A program made the position numbers and the translations under genes. This document shows positions 52,006-64,000 of a stretch of 64,000 nt of DNA, one piece after another (the first letter of the stretch is position 1; each line of letters starts with the position of its first letter). The notes under the pieces were generated by a model. It searched no databases, was not told the origin of the DNA, and saw only the letters and a program-made list of their open reading frames with translations. The DNA comes from Chiloscyllium plagiosum (taxonomy: Eukaryota), in the NCBI RefSeq assembly GCF_004010195.1, contig NC_057718.1:63843905-63907904 (forward strand), written 5' to 3'.

Positions 52006-53724
52006 TCCTCCTTGGGGAACACTAATTTAAACATCAAACTCCCCAGTATTTATCATTAATTATGTAGTCTTATATAAGATGATCACACAGATGGCTGGAG
52101 TGGTGTTATTACTGTTTATTTCTGCATTATCCTCGACCTGTGCTCCATCTGTCTGCAAGTGAAAAATTTGTCATGTAATAAGTTAAGGTCAGTTAGTATG
52201 AGCATGTTGCTCTAAGGGAGCTGACCCTCATGGCCTCACATCAATTTGCATGATTGCATGCCTTTGTTATCCTGGTCAAAAGTTTTTCTTCATTCTCACT
52301 GGTGTTGGACTGAGCGAATATTTGGTGCAATAAACCTTGAAATGAATCTTGAGCCATTTTGTTTCACAACCAGCAAGCATACAGAGCAAAGCTATGATTT
52401 CAAACAATAAGTCTTGCCTTTATGTAACAACATAAAATTTTGAATATGCCATACTCCCACAGCTCAATGAGTCATTATTTAAACAGAATAATACTCATGC
52501 ATTTCCCTAAGTTTCTACTTGCATTTGCTTTCACAGTGCCCTCTGTTGCCAAAAACCTAGCAGCTCCCACAGCTTCCCTCCTTGGCTAAGAATTGGCTGC
52601 TCACATGAAAGGGTTTGATCATCTTTTTTGAGACTTGACAAAACGTTGGGCCTTGTTTTCTGCTGCCTGCTCCTGTTTGACTGTTAATTTTCTCATAGTC
52701 ACTTCCCTTTGAAATTCGCTACATGAGAAGATCAACAGTGAGTGCCACTCTATTCCATCACTGCATGTTGTTAGTAATGGTTGAGAGGTACTACAATGAG
52801 ATAATAGCTTCCCTCCAGTTCCCAATCATATTTGGCAACTGTATGAATGCCAAGCTTTCATAAGCACAATGAACATTCTTGAAATGTATATCTTTTCATC
52901 TTAAAAGTTTTCAAATAAACTTTGCTTTGAAACCTGGTACCTAAAAATAACACTTTCTCTTTAACCTCTCAATGAGAAAATGCTCCAAATTTTGAGCTGA
53001 TGATTCGACAGCCTACTACTGACAACCCTCAGTTTAAAATCTTGAAAACAGCAAATTTAGAAGGTTTGCATGGCTCCAAATGTTTTAACTTCAAGAATGA
53101 GAGAAAACAATGACAAGAAAAATTCAACAGTTTTGGGGTCTTAGTTATAAGAAATGATTTGCAAAGTCTATGATTTTTCTTTATTGGACAAAAATGAGAG
53201 ACCTGAATGAAATAAACAAACAGTTGAGCTGCATAATTAATATAAATTAACTCAGGCTTCCTGGGTTACAGTGTGAGGACCTAGGTTCAAAGCTGACTGA
53301 CCTCAAGTCTGGTGTCACAGCATGTAATTGTTTTTCTTAAATGTTTCTGGGAATTTCATCTCCACTAATTGACCTGAAATAAAGTTCCCAATAATTGTCC
53401 TAACTATGAGTTTACTAGTTTGAACCTGTGTATTTGTATCTCTTTGTATAGTTTATTTTTAAATAATTTGTCAGATTTACCCTTTGTGTATCATTTGTCA
53501 ACTTGGATATTGCTCGAAAATTACCACTCAGCTACTTCAAGGTCTGAAATCTGAAATTTCTTTGATCTATTTTTGTTGATGAACCACAGATTATTTTCTG
53601 AGTTCTTGAAATACCTTGATAATTTAAATATCATCTAGATTATATATTACTCTTGGCATAATCTGTTCTGAGCAGTATAGAGGTTAAACATTAAGTCTTC
53701 CACTTTGTATGCTACTGATGAACA

Positions 53725-54696
53725 ATCAACACGGACATTTACTATAAACCGACCGACTCCCACAGCTACCTAGACTACACCTCCTCCTACCCTGCCCCCT
53801 GTAAAAACGCCATCCCACATTCCCAATTCCTTCGTCTCTGCCACATCTGCTCCCAGGAGGACCAGTTCCAATACCGAACAACCCAGATGGCCTCCTTCTT
53901 CAAAGACCACAATTTCCCCCCAGACGTGATCGACGATGCTCTCCACCNNNNNNNNNNNNNNNNNNNNNNNNNNNNNNNNNNNNNNNNNNNNNNNNNNNNN
54001 NNNNNNNNNNNNNNNNNNNNNNNNNNNNNNNNNNNNNNNNNNNNNNNNNNNNNNNNNNNNNNNNNNNNNNNNNNNNNNNNNNNNNNNNNNNNNNNNNNNN
54101 NNNNNNNNNNNNNNNNNNNNNNNNNNNNNNNNNNNNNNNNNNNNNNNNNNNNNNNNNNNNNNNNNNNNNNNNNNNNNNNNNNNNNNNNNNNNNNNNNNNN
54201 NNNNNNNNNNNNNNNNNNNNNNNNNNNNNNNNNNNNNNNNNNNNNNNNNNNNNNNNNNNNNNNNNNNNNNNNNNNNNNNNNNNNNNNNNNNNNNNNNNNN
54301 NNNNNNNNNNNNNNNNNNNNNNNNNNNNNNNNNNNNNNNNNNNNNNNNNNNNNNNNNNNNNNNNNNNNNNNNNNNNNNNNNNNNNNNNNNNNNNNNNNNN
54401 NNNNNNNNNNNNNNNNNNNNNNNNNNNNNGAACTCAGCACCACCTTCCTAACCTGCAATCTTCTTCCTGACCTCTCCGCCCCCACCCCACTCCGGCCTAT
54501 CACCCTCACCTTAACCTCCTTCCACCTATCGCATTTCCAACGCCCCTCCCCCAAGTCCCTCCTCCCTATCTTTTATCTTAGCCAGCTTGGCACACTCTCC
54601 TCATTCCTGAAGAAGGGCTCATGCCCGAAACGTCGATTCTTCTGCTCCTTGGATGCTGCCTGACCTGCTGCGCTTTTCCAGCAACACATTTTCAGC
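53725..54696 (+). mobile_element. Young Penelope element (RT C-terminal part, gap 53948-54429, then pLTR)
   Basis: TDIYYKPTDSHSYLDYTSSYPAPCKNAIPHSQFLRLCHICSQED..; CpG-rich; pLTR after the gap. Confidence 0.88.
54603..54638 (+). ncRNA. Minimal type I hammerhead ribozyme motif in a Penelope pLTR
   Basis: CTGAAGA-A-GGGC-tcat-GCCC-GAAAC-GTC; stem I short and imperfect. Confidence 0.7.
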
Positions 54697-55166
54697 AACT
54701 AGTTAAAAGGCCTGTTTGCTTTGTCGGGTTTTTCATACATGGTGAGTATCATGTCTATTCTACTCTGAGGTCCCTTTTGACTTCATCCTTAACTATTTTG
54801 GAGAGTACTATTATTATGACCTCATAAAAGAGACAATAGACAACTTTAGATGAAGCAGTTTCTGAATAAAACACTACTGCCAATAGGATATGGTCTGGAT
54901 GTTCCTTATATATTCGTCTCGTAACATATACCATGAAGACCTGATCCTTTTGAGGCAATTATCTTAAAGTTTATTAACAACACCATCTTTTTACACTGCT
55001 ATAACATTTCCAACGTACACATAGTTCTGGGTTCTGTGCTTACTGATGGCACAGACTAAAGATGCAGGAACTGCAAGCAGGCTGTTTCTCTTACTGCTGT
55101 GACTGGAGGTAAGGGACCTCACAAGTCATGGTGTCATCTAACTGTCTTAAAGTTACAGTGCCTGTA

Positions 55167-55365
55167 TACACAGGAAACTTGATTATCTGGCATTCCATTA
55201 TCTGAATATCGGATTATCTGACAAGATTGCAAGGTACTGATGCTCAGCTAAACTATATCCGGAAATCAATTAACCAAACAAAAAACTCCCCGCCCATGTC
55301 CTTCGAATAATCTATAAGATTTGCATAGATAATCTGAAATCTATGCAAAATTACAAGTTTCCCTC
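55167..55365. mobile_element. pogo/Tigger-like MITE remnant
   Basis: TA then cacaggaaacttgattatc; right end ataatc[42-bp insert]aagtttcc is the reverse complement; internal (g)attatct subrepeats. Confidence 0.55.
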
Positions 55366-57599
55366 ATTTTTCCTCTTTTCTGATAAACACTTACAAGGAT
55401 GCATCGAGATATACTATCTCTATACATGAGATAACACCTTGGCAGGTGCATGACATGATTATCCTTATACAGTTATCACAATTTGGCTGCGTATCTTCAT
55501 TCCATGATGTGCTGTACTTTCAGCAGAGAAATATGCATCCTTTATTTTGGATATGTTCATAATGTTCATATATTACAAAATGCTGGACACTATCTTGGTG
55601 GGCAAGATAAGCCACACCTCACGCAAGATTCAAAGGTTTTACTGACCCTTTGTAATGGCTGCAATAGTTGTTGCAGGGCCAAGCAACTGAAGATATTGCT
55701 GGCCCACAACAATGATTTTGAACTTGTCGTTTAATAGTGTATCAATGGTATATTGTTTGGGTTTGTCTAGAAGTGCTTCATGATGTATTTATTATGTTTT
55801 GAGGCATCTGTTTTGTGGCTTTCATGACATTTCTAAGAAGTAGGATGGTGAAATTGATCAATATTTGGATGGAGAAAAGACCTTAGGTGCACAGAGCACA
55901 GAGTACAGACCTTTACTTTCCTGTGGTTCTGCCTGTGTTTGTCTAAGGGTCACTGCCAGAGTGAACCAGAAACAAGTGCAAACTACCACTTGCAGACCTC
56001 CCAGCTGTCTGGTGTTGAGCCTGGTTACTATCTGCTGGCAAGATTCCACTTTTCAACATTGGATAGACAGATAAACTGTGGTCTCCTGCTTTTGACACTC
56101 ATAAACACTCCTCGGTTGAGGTTACTATGTTGCAGAATAGGTTGGAGCACGTTGGTCCTGGTTGTGGCTTGCAAATTTCATCTCTGTACTCAGGAAAATA
56201 ATTAGTGAGGGTTAGGAAATGTCTTCACAATGCCATGTTGTCTTTTAGTATCAACTAGTTGCCACCATGATGTGGTTTCTATGTAAAATTCAACTGTCAG
56301 TATTGTACGGTTAGCTATATGCTAAGCAGCATAAAGCAAGAAGGCTGAGTCACCACTGCCAGTATTGTAAATTAGCTATATGTTAAATAACATTAAGCAA
56401 GAAGACTGGGCTCTTGTTCAGACAAATCTCTTGATGCTTATTGACAGCATTATCTATTTACATGCTATGGAATCTTTGGACATACACGTAGTCTGAGTTC
56501 TGTGCTTCCTAACTACATAGAACAAAGATACAATAACTGCAAGCAGAGTGTTATGATTAATTCTGCTGAGGCAGTTACTTTTAATACTGGATTGCCTCAT
56601 GTCATGATATCATCTCTCTTAAAGATACACTGTTTATCCAGTATGGAATAAATGCAATAATATGACAGCACATTCTAAATTTAAGACTGTTGAAAAGCAT
56701 GAGTTTGAATACAAAGCAGTGCAATTTCCTATAGCTTTCTTTAAGTTGTGTGGAATGGTAAAAATTCAATTTGTAAAATTAACAGAAAACTTCATACTCA
56801 AATTAATTAATTCAAGCAATCCTAAATTTATAGTATTCAATTTTCCCATTTATCTATGGCTTTGAAATTTCAAGTTGGTACTAATGAATCACTATGCCTC
56901 AATTTACCTTGAGTTCTATTCTGGTTTTATTACTTTTAATGGAATCCTGACAAAGGTTTCAACCAATTATTTAATACTTTTATCGCTGGGTGTAGGGAAC
57001 TGAAAGAATAGTTCTGCTGATTGCTTGATTGCAGTTTTACTTGTTGGACAATGCAGCAATGAAGATGAAAGTGATGTAGAAGTTGCTGCTACATCTGATA
57101 TAAATTTTTAAAAATTGCTACCGAGATCTTTGTATCTAATGATAACCACATAACCAATGTCAATTGTTTATAAATCCTAGACCTCTGTAGAAATCATATT
57201 TATTGGAGTCCTGTTGGAATAATACAAAAGCTCTCAAGCTGGACCAACACATAGCACACTCAAAATGGCTATTTACCACAGACCCTAGATGTCCGTGAGG
57301 TCTATATAAATCCTCCTCCTGGCCTAATTTTAGATGTGAATAGAATTGTATCAGGATGCAAATTTTAAAATAAATCTAATCACTGACACATTGCTGGTAG
57401 TCCATCTGTTCTGATTTTCCAAGCGTGTCTTGACATAGATTGGCTCACACCCCTACCTGGAACAGACAGGGGTTGGTAGTAATATTTAAATCAAGGTCAA
57501 ATGATACTGTCAGTACTCTGATGACATATCAGTCTTTGCTCACTTTTTATCCATCCCCATCCACCACAGTGCAGGATGGCTTTCTTAAGGTAAAATGCT

Positions 57600-59530
57600 G
57601 GGGAGAGTATTAGAAGTAACAGCAGGAGTAGGACATATAACCTATCAAGCATGTTCCACATTCAATAAGATCATGACAGAATGTTTGCACAAAATCCATC
57701 CACTCCTCATGTCTCTTGATTTCTTTCATGTTCAAAAATGTATTCACCTCAGTTCTAAATATTGTGATAAAACCCATTTCCTATACATTCACTTATACCA
57801 GAAAAGCATGCATTCTGTGAGAATGTACCATTCGGGCATGCTCAGTTCCAGAACTGTTAGGTGTTAACATTCATTTCTGCCTAGCTTTAGGGGCAGGGCT
57901 TATTGCAAGGGTTTCAACAGGTCAATTCAGAACAGTTTAGGGTTCAGCTTAAAGCCGTTCAAGGGTTATGGATATTTGGAGAAAGAGACAGAGGCATTTT
58001 AGGAGCGCTAATTTCCCTGTGGGAAAGGAATCATAACAATTGGATGGCTCTGCGGTTATGAGGGAGAAGTTCCAGGAATTAATGAACAGTTAAGCATTGG
58101 AATCAGGACTCAGTAGGAATCCTAGGCACCTGGAAAAGTGGGCAGCACACTAGTTCTGCATTAGGGAAGCCATGAAAGAAGTCTGTGGGCATTTATACGT
58201 GAATGGAGCTGAGTTAGTGGGGGTTGAGAAGCTCAATTAACTTCACACAAAATAGAGCTCAGGGAAAACCCAAAGAAATATCTGGCTTAGCAGAAGCAAA
58301 GAACTATACTGACACATTAATGAGTACTAGAGTGTCGTTTCAGAGTCCAGAAAATATGGATTGGGGACAAAGGGTGATCAACCAAAATAGGAGAAGAGCA
58401 GCTCCTGAGAGCAAGATTCAAGATTGGATCAGCAGAAGTAAAAGAAATGGTAATTTCTAGTTTAATGAGATGTTAAGACCCATCATGCCATTAAAGTCTG
58501 AAGGGAGTTGTTGAGAAATCTGTGCTGAGCACATTTGATGTTTGATATGCCCTGTGATGTTTGATGATAATATATTACCAATGTTTATCAAATGCTAATT
58601 CTGAGAGCTAGAAATGATTGTAGATTGTATTACAGTTCTAACATTGAATCCTGAACTTTATTGCTGTTTATTCAAAACTGTGAAATTTTCTAGCTTTATT
58701 TCTTTGTAAGTCCCTGGGATCTTACTTTTATCTACTTTATAAACAAAGGTTACTGGTCTCGAAGCAGATCATAGCATAATTTGGTGATCTTGTCTAGGAT
58801 CACAACAATGAAGATGCAAATCTGGTCGAGGATAATGTCAATTTTATTGACTGAGGAACCACAGCCCTTTGGGATAAAGCATTCGAAAGATTCACAAACC
58901 CAAGAGCAGATATTTATTTTCATCTCAGTCTTAGATAACTGACCCCTGAAGCTAAGACTATGAAAACTTGTTCTAGACTGTATATTTTGGCAGCAACTAC
59001 TCTTTAAAAATGATATGCACTTTAATGGAATTATCTTTTATTTTTCTAAACTCCAGAGGATATAGGTCCATCTGACTGAATCTCTCCTCTTTGAACAGTC
59101 CTTTCATCAAAGGAATCAATTCTTTGCATCAATTTTAAAGCAAGTATATCATTTCATAAAACTGAACAGTGTTCCTGGCATGGTCTTACCGAGGCTACAA
59201 CTGCAGAAAGACTTCCTCACTTACACTCCAATAACCTGGCTAACATAGTATTTGTCTTCCTAATTGTTTGTCAAATCTGTATGTACTGGGATACTCAAAT
59301 CCAATAACATTTACTAGTCTCCTCTTTCTGTAAAATATTCTACTTCTATATTCTTTCTGTCAAAGTAGATAATTTCACAATTACATTATATTCTATGTAT
59401 CACCACTTAGCCCAATCACTTAAAGCGTCCACATTAGTTAGCAATGTCTTTGCGTTCTCCATAGACCTTACTTTCCCACCTAGAATTTTATCATTAGCAA
59501 AACTACATAATTTGTATTCTGTCTCTGTTA
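57600..59530 (-). mobile_element. Very degenerate CR1 3' region interrupted by a ~1-kb LTR-like insert (57763-58804)
   Basis: CR1 3' UTR-like sequence at 57600-57762 resumes at ~58845; insert bounded by TGTGAT...ATCACA, no clear TSD. Confidence 0.5.
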
Positions 59531-61098
59531 ATGAGGCTTGGGGTGGACTGGACGAGAATAATGGGGAGTGAAGTGACTAAACTGAGCGAGAATGAAATCA
59601 AGTCAGACTCTCAACATTAAGGAAAAAGCCCTCACAATTTTTTTCTCAAGTCTTATATGGCAATTTTCAGAATTTTGTTTGAGAGTGGTGACAAGATTAT
59701 TTCCATACAACTGCACCTCATTAAACCTCCAACTCACCCTATTAACATCATGCTGCCAATTCTCCTCTCCTCCAACCAAAAACTTGGTGGAGCAAAACCC
59801 TTCAGGTAAAAAGGTACAAGCACTTGGCGGCTGCACTCACTGAATGCCAGTCCCAGCCATCGTGCAACTGCCTCTTCTGCACAGTATCCCTGCATGGTCC
59901 ATGTCCACCACCCTTGTTGAACCTTCGGCTATGTAACTTGGCCTCAGCAAGCCACGAGCCTCACCAGTATCACCATGCTTGCACTTGGGCCAAGTCACGC
60001 ATCACGTCAGGCCTTTGACACTGCTCAGGAGATGGTGGACACCTATGGCTTGCAAACTGCTGCCAATTCACTATGAATATAAAAACACACATAAACACAC
60101 ATCCCATGCATTTGTCGAGGATACTTTTGCACTGACACGGATACAGGTCATCTTGTGGCTCTCAGTTTGCTTTCTTAGTACAGACTGACTTCAGCATTTA
60201 CTTGGTGACATTCTGCCTCTGTGTGGGTGATATTGCTTTTTAGCAGAAAAGCTCTTGAGTGCTGAGCGAAAGGCTGCCAGCCTCTGAGGTTGAGCAGAGG
60301 CAGAGAAAGCTTGACAAGGGTGGCGCACTGAACAGTAAACCTATCCGTCAGACTGGGGGTGACATGTAATTGTATGTAGGGTGATATGAGATATGGCACG
60401 GTGCTACATCAATGTCAGAGCTGCAGCAGATACGGCAGTTTATGCAGCACATCAAGAATGTAGATCAAGCAAATGGCCAATGTGAAAGTCAAAGGGCAAC
60501 AGTCCTTAGTGAGGGGAAGGGAGAACTACAGTCAGTCAAGAAGTTGGTCATTTTCTAGTCAAGTGTGTTGGCCACAGTCAGTCAGACACTTGATCCTGCA
60601 AGAGTTAAGGTTTCTGTGTCCTCTTGGTCTATGGATTGGGTCTTGACAGTCCTGTAGGTAAAGCACAACCAGTCAGGGGATCACAACAAAAATGAAGTTA
60701 CTGGCGAAACTCAGCAGGTCTAGCAGTATCTGTGGGAAGAAAGTAGAGTTAATATTTTGAGTTTAGTGACTTTTCACCAGGGGATTATAAGTAGATCAGT
60801 TGGGTGCTGCAGAGCCATCATTCTGGGGACTGAGCCACTGTCAGTCATGTGGGTTAGAACAATAATACTCAGGGGCAGCCCTGTTGGCAGTTATCTGTGG
60901 CAACTCTTGGAGTCCTGGTGAAAATGGGCAACTTAAATTTGGAGGTGTGCTTCACTCCACTGGATCAGTGAGGGAATGGTCACTGTGAAAAGGTGCCATT
61001 ATAGATAGTTGCCTGGCACCTAATGGTGAATGGGAGGGGCTTGAGGGTCCCAAAGGAGAACAGTTCATGTAAGCCATTGTAACTCTATAATAAAATAA

Positions 61099-61818
61099 AG
61101 AACTGTGGTTGCTGGAAACCAGAAACAAAAAATGGAAATTGCTGGAAAAACGTAGCTGGTCTGGCACCATCCGTGGAGAAAAAGCAGCAATAAGGTTTCG
61201 GGTCCAGTGACCCTGCTTTAGAACTGATTATAGCTGGGAAAGGATTGGTACAAATGCTAAAGAAGGGGTCAGGGGGGAGGAATAAAGTGTCAACAATAGG
61301 TGTAGGTGGAGCCCGAAGAGAGAGAAAAAAATTGGACAGACAACGGACTGTGTGAAGGTCAGCCTGGCATATCTCATTTTCCACTTGGGGACCCTGCAGC
61401 CTTCTGAACTCAATATCGACATCAACAATTTTAGGGCTTTTCTCCCATGTTCTCTTATGTCCTTATGCCAACCTCTGCACACCAGGCCTTGACATCACAT
61501 GGGCTGCTACCACAAACAATCTATTGCCCATTAGTAGCTATTAATTCTCCCAACCTGACCTTCACACAGTCCTTTGTCTGCCCAATTGTTTTTCTCTCTC
61601 TTCGGGCTCCACCTACATCTATTGTTGACACTTTATTCCTCCCCCCTGACCCCTTCTTTAGCATTTGTACCAATCCTTTCCCAGCTATAATCAGTTCTAA
61701 AGCAGGGTCACTGGACCCGAAACCTTATTGCTGCTTTCTCTCCACAGATGGTGCCAGACCAGCTAAGTTTTTCCAGCAATTTCCATTTTTTGTTTCTGGT
61801 TCCAGCATCCACAGTTCT
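61099..61818. mobile_element. Penelope 3' end with an inverted pLTR copy (~264-bp arms)
   Basis: 61099-61362 is a near-perfect reverse complement of 61555-61818; the spacer encodes the ORF end YLIFHLGTLQPSELNIDINNFR. Confidence 0.88.
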
Positions 61819-63324
61819 CTAGTATATATAATATCAACCTTTTCCAAGCGACAATCAGGTAAATTGTGGAATTTTGTGGACTTCTATAAAATCTTTAACT
61901 TTTGTGACATTTCTGGGAATAGCATGGTTTGATTAGCCCAGTGAGCGCTGAGACACGTCTTATTCATGAATGAATGGTTGTGTGTTGGAGGTTGCATTGG
62001 AGTGATGAGCAACACATTTTCGTTTACCATTTGTTAAAGGATTAGTGTATTTACAATAAAGAGTTATTTTCCAGTTATTGTTGAAACTTGTTGTGAGTTA
62101 TCTTTGTCCCGAATATCAGTAATCAGGTGGATTGATTTAAATCTTTATGGTGATTTAAGATATTTTCTATATCAACCTGTTATGTAATTACACTTTGGAG
62201 AAGATGTGTCGTGGACCCAGGCCTCCTGGCTCAGAGGTAAGATCTTTTTAATTGACACACCTTCAAAAATTCTTAATAGGCCAGATATTATACACCGGGA
62301 GCAGCAATACACTAAATTTTCTCATGTGCTTGGGATCTATTGGAGGTCCTGAGATGTGCAGAACTGCTGTAATTGGCAGGAACATTAATAATTATAATGG
62401 GATGACTTTTATTGGCTTGGATGATCTGTGAGTGTCTCTCACACTGATCTTAGTGTCTGAAATATGGGTCAGATACTTATTTTGGCACCAAGATTTGTTA
62501 CATTGTTTAATCTCTGGTATAACTCAGTGATCAACAGTGCAACATAACCAACCATCTCCCACCCACTTATTCCCACCTGCCACACCTACAATCACCCCCC
62601 CCCCCCAATCTGACGATCTACTGTCCTGAACTCTCCAGTGACTAGCCATCCTCTGAACTGAGCATCCACCTCACATATACCTAACCATTCAAACCAACTA
62701 ACCAGCTCTACTGTTTTGACTCCAATACCTACCCTTTCTCCCAACACACCCAAACGATCCAACCCAACTAGTCACTCTCCTGTTCCTACTGCACATTTCC
62801 ATCACTCATTCATTCACTCAACTATTCACCCTCTCATTCATTCACTCACCCTCCTACCCATTTATTCATGGCCCCATCACTTCATCCACTCATTCATTCA
62901 CACATGATCTTTGCAGTCAACCATGATGCATGCAGCATTAGCGTTGATCCTAATATCTGAAACTATATGTCTATCAAACACGTGTTCCATTTCATAAATC
63001 AATGCTACTCTACCTCACCATGTTTTGATTTTCTAAGTGCAATGCCCTCAGTAAGAGTTTACAACCTTTTCTCTTTGACAAATTTCACATTAAATGATTG
63101 GTAACTTCCCTTTTCTCTTTCCCTCCCTTCCTGACAGCAGAATTATATGTACTATCTTCCAGCCCACAGGGACAGTACTTGGAGCTAGGAAATTCTGGAA
63201 GATTAAAACCTATGCACCCACTATTCTTTTAGCCACCACAAATAAGCCTCTAGGATGGAGGATATTAGGTTCAGTGGATTTGTCAAGCTTTAGTCCCATT
63301 AATTTCTTCAGTCCTTTCTGTGCT

Positions 63325-63460
63325 CCAGTTTCCTCTCACAGTCCAAGGATGTGCAAGTTAGGTGGATTGGTCATGCTAAATTGCCCATAGTGACCAGAGA
63401 TGTGCTAACTGGGTGGATTAGCCAGCGGAATTGGAGGGTTACAGGGATAGGGTGATTTGG
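63325..63460 (+). mobile_element. HE1-type SINE fragment
   Basis: gtgctccagtttcctctcacagtccaaggatgtgcaagttaggtggattggtcatgctaaattgccc. Confidence 0.8.
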
Positions 63461-63501
63461 AGGTGCTGAAGTTGGACTCCGGTGGACAAAGTTAAAAATC
63501 A

Positions 63502-63615
63502 TCAGGATTCCTGATTCTTCAGGATTCCTGAAGAAGGGCCTGTGCCCGAAACGTCGAATCTCCTGTTCCCTGGATGCTGCCTGACCTGCTGTGCTGTTCC
63601 AGCAATAAAGTTTCA
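63502..63615 (+). mobile_element. 114-bp Penelope pLTR mini-insertion with 16-bp TSD, inside another probable Penelope-like repeat
   Basis: acaaagttaaaaatca at 63486-63501 and 63616-63631. Confidence 0.85.
63520..63565 (+). ncRNA. Minimal type I hammerhead ribozyme motif with intact core
   Basis: caggattc-CTGAAGA-A-GGGC-ctgt-GCCC-GAAAC-GTC-gaatctcctg; stem I gattc/gaatc, extendable by cagg/cctg. Confidence 0.8.
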
Positions 63616-64000
63616 ACAAAGTTAAAAATCACACAACACCAGGTTATAGTCCAACAGGTTTATTTGGAAGCTAGCTTTCGAGGTGCTGTCTGTCCATCAT
63701 GTGATTGTGGAACATGGCCATTCAACACAGAATTTATAGCAAAAGGGTTACAAGTGTCATGGAGTTGTAATGATATATTAAACAATTTTAGTTAAAAATC
63801 ACACAACACCAGGCTATAGTTATTAAACAAATTTAGATTAAGTCTTCCATCTTTTAGAATGAGATATGGTGGTTTAGGTTCTTTAATAAGTAAATCCCAG
63901 AATTACATTCTCAAGGTGGTGTCAGCTTATCTAATAATAGGTGTCATCTCAGCTCTGACGCTGCAGGCAAGGAGGCTTGGTACATTGGCGAGACTGAATA

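Noticed and set aside
52539..52590. Acceptor tttcacAG followed by PSVAKNLAAPTASLLG-stop (a similar case at ~57035-57110)
   Set aside because: No donor, homology or other support; expected by chance
61085..61932. Two ORFs with near-identical peptides on opposite strands
   Set aside because: By-product of the Penelope inverted repeat; non-coding pLTR sequence
62780..62905. (CATT/CACT)n-rich tract and its His/Ser-rich ORF
   Set aside because: Low-complexity degenerate microsatellite
1..64000. CRISPR array, rRNA or prokaryotic defence operon
   Set aside because: No regularly spaced repeat-spacer array, rRNA similarity or gene-dense architecture; the sequence is vertebrate repeat-rich DNA

Overview
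Eukaryotic, AT-rich, repeat-dense genomic DNA, very likely from a shark or other elasmobranch: it carries HE1-type SINEs, CR1/HER1-like LINEs and Penelope elements. It contains three assembly gaps. No intact cellular gene can be recognised. Almost every interpretable ORF in the track is a decayed retrotransposon fragment: CR1 endonuclease/RT, Penelope RT/GIY-YIG, Rex1/Babar-like and RTE-like. There are also solo-LTR-like elements and a pogo/Tigger-like MITE. Three short + strand stretches with good splice signals (5346-5409, 11889-11909, 13290-13341) may be exons of an unidentified host transcript. The most interesting structure is around the Penelope insertions: (1) many minimal hammerhead-ribozyme motifs, including a 114-bp TSD-flanked insert that is little more than a hammerhead; (2) fold-back insertions with 15-17 bp TSDs, one of which captured 134 bp of host DNA from about 400 bp downstream; (3) a ~517-bp micro-inversion whose reversal restores both a CR1 and a Penelope reading frame. 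I found no convincing wholly new system. Family names come from motif recognition rather than database searches, and the boundaries of degenerate repeats are approximate.
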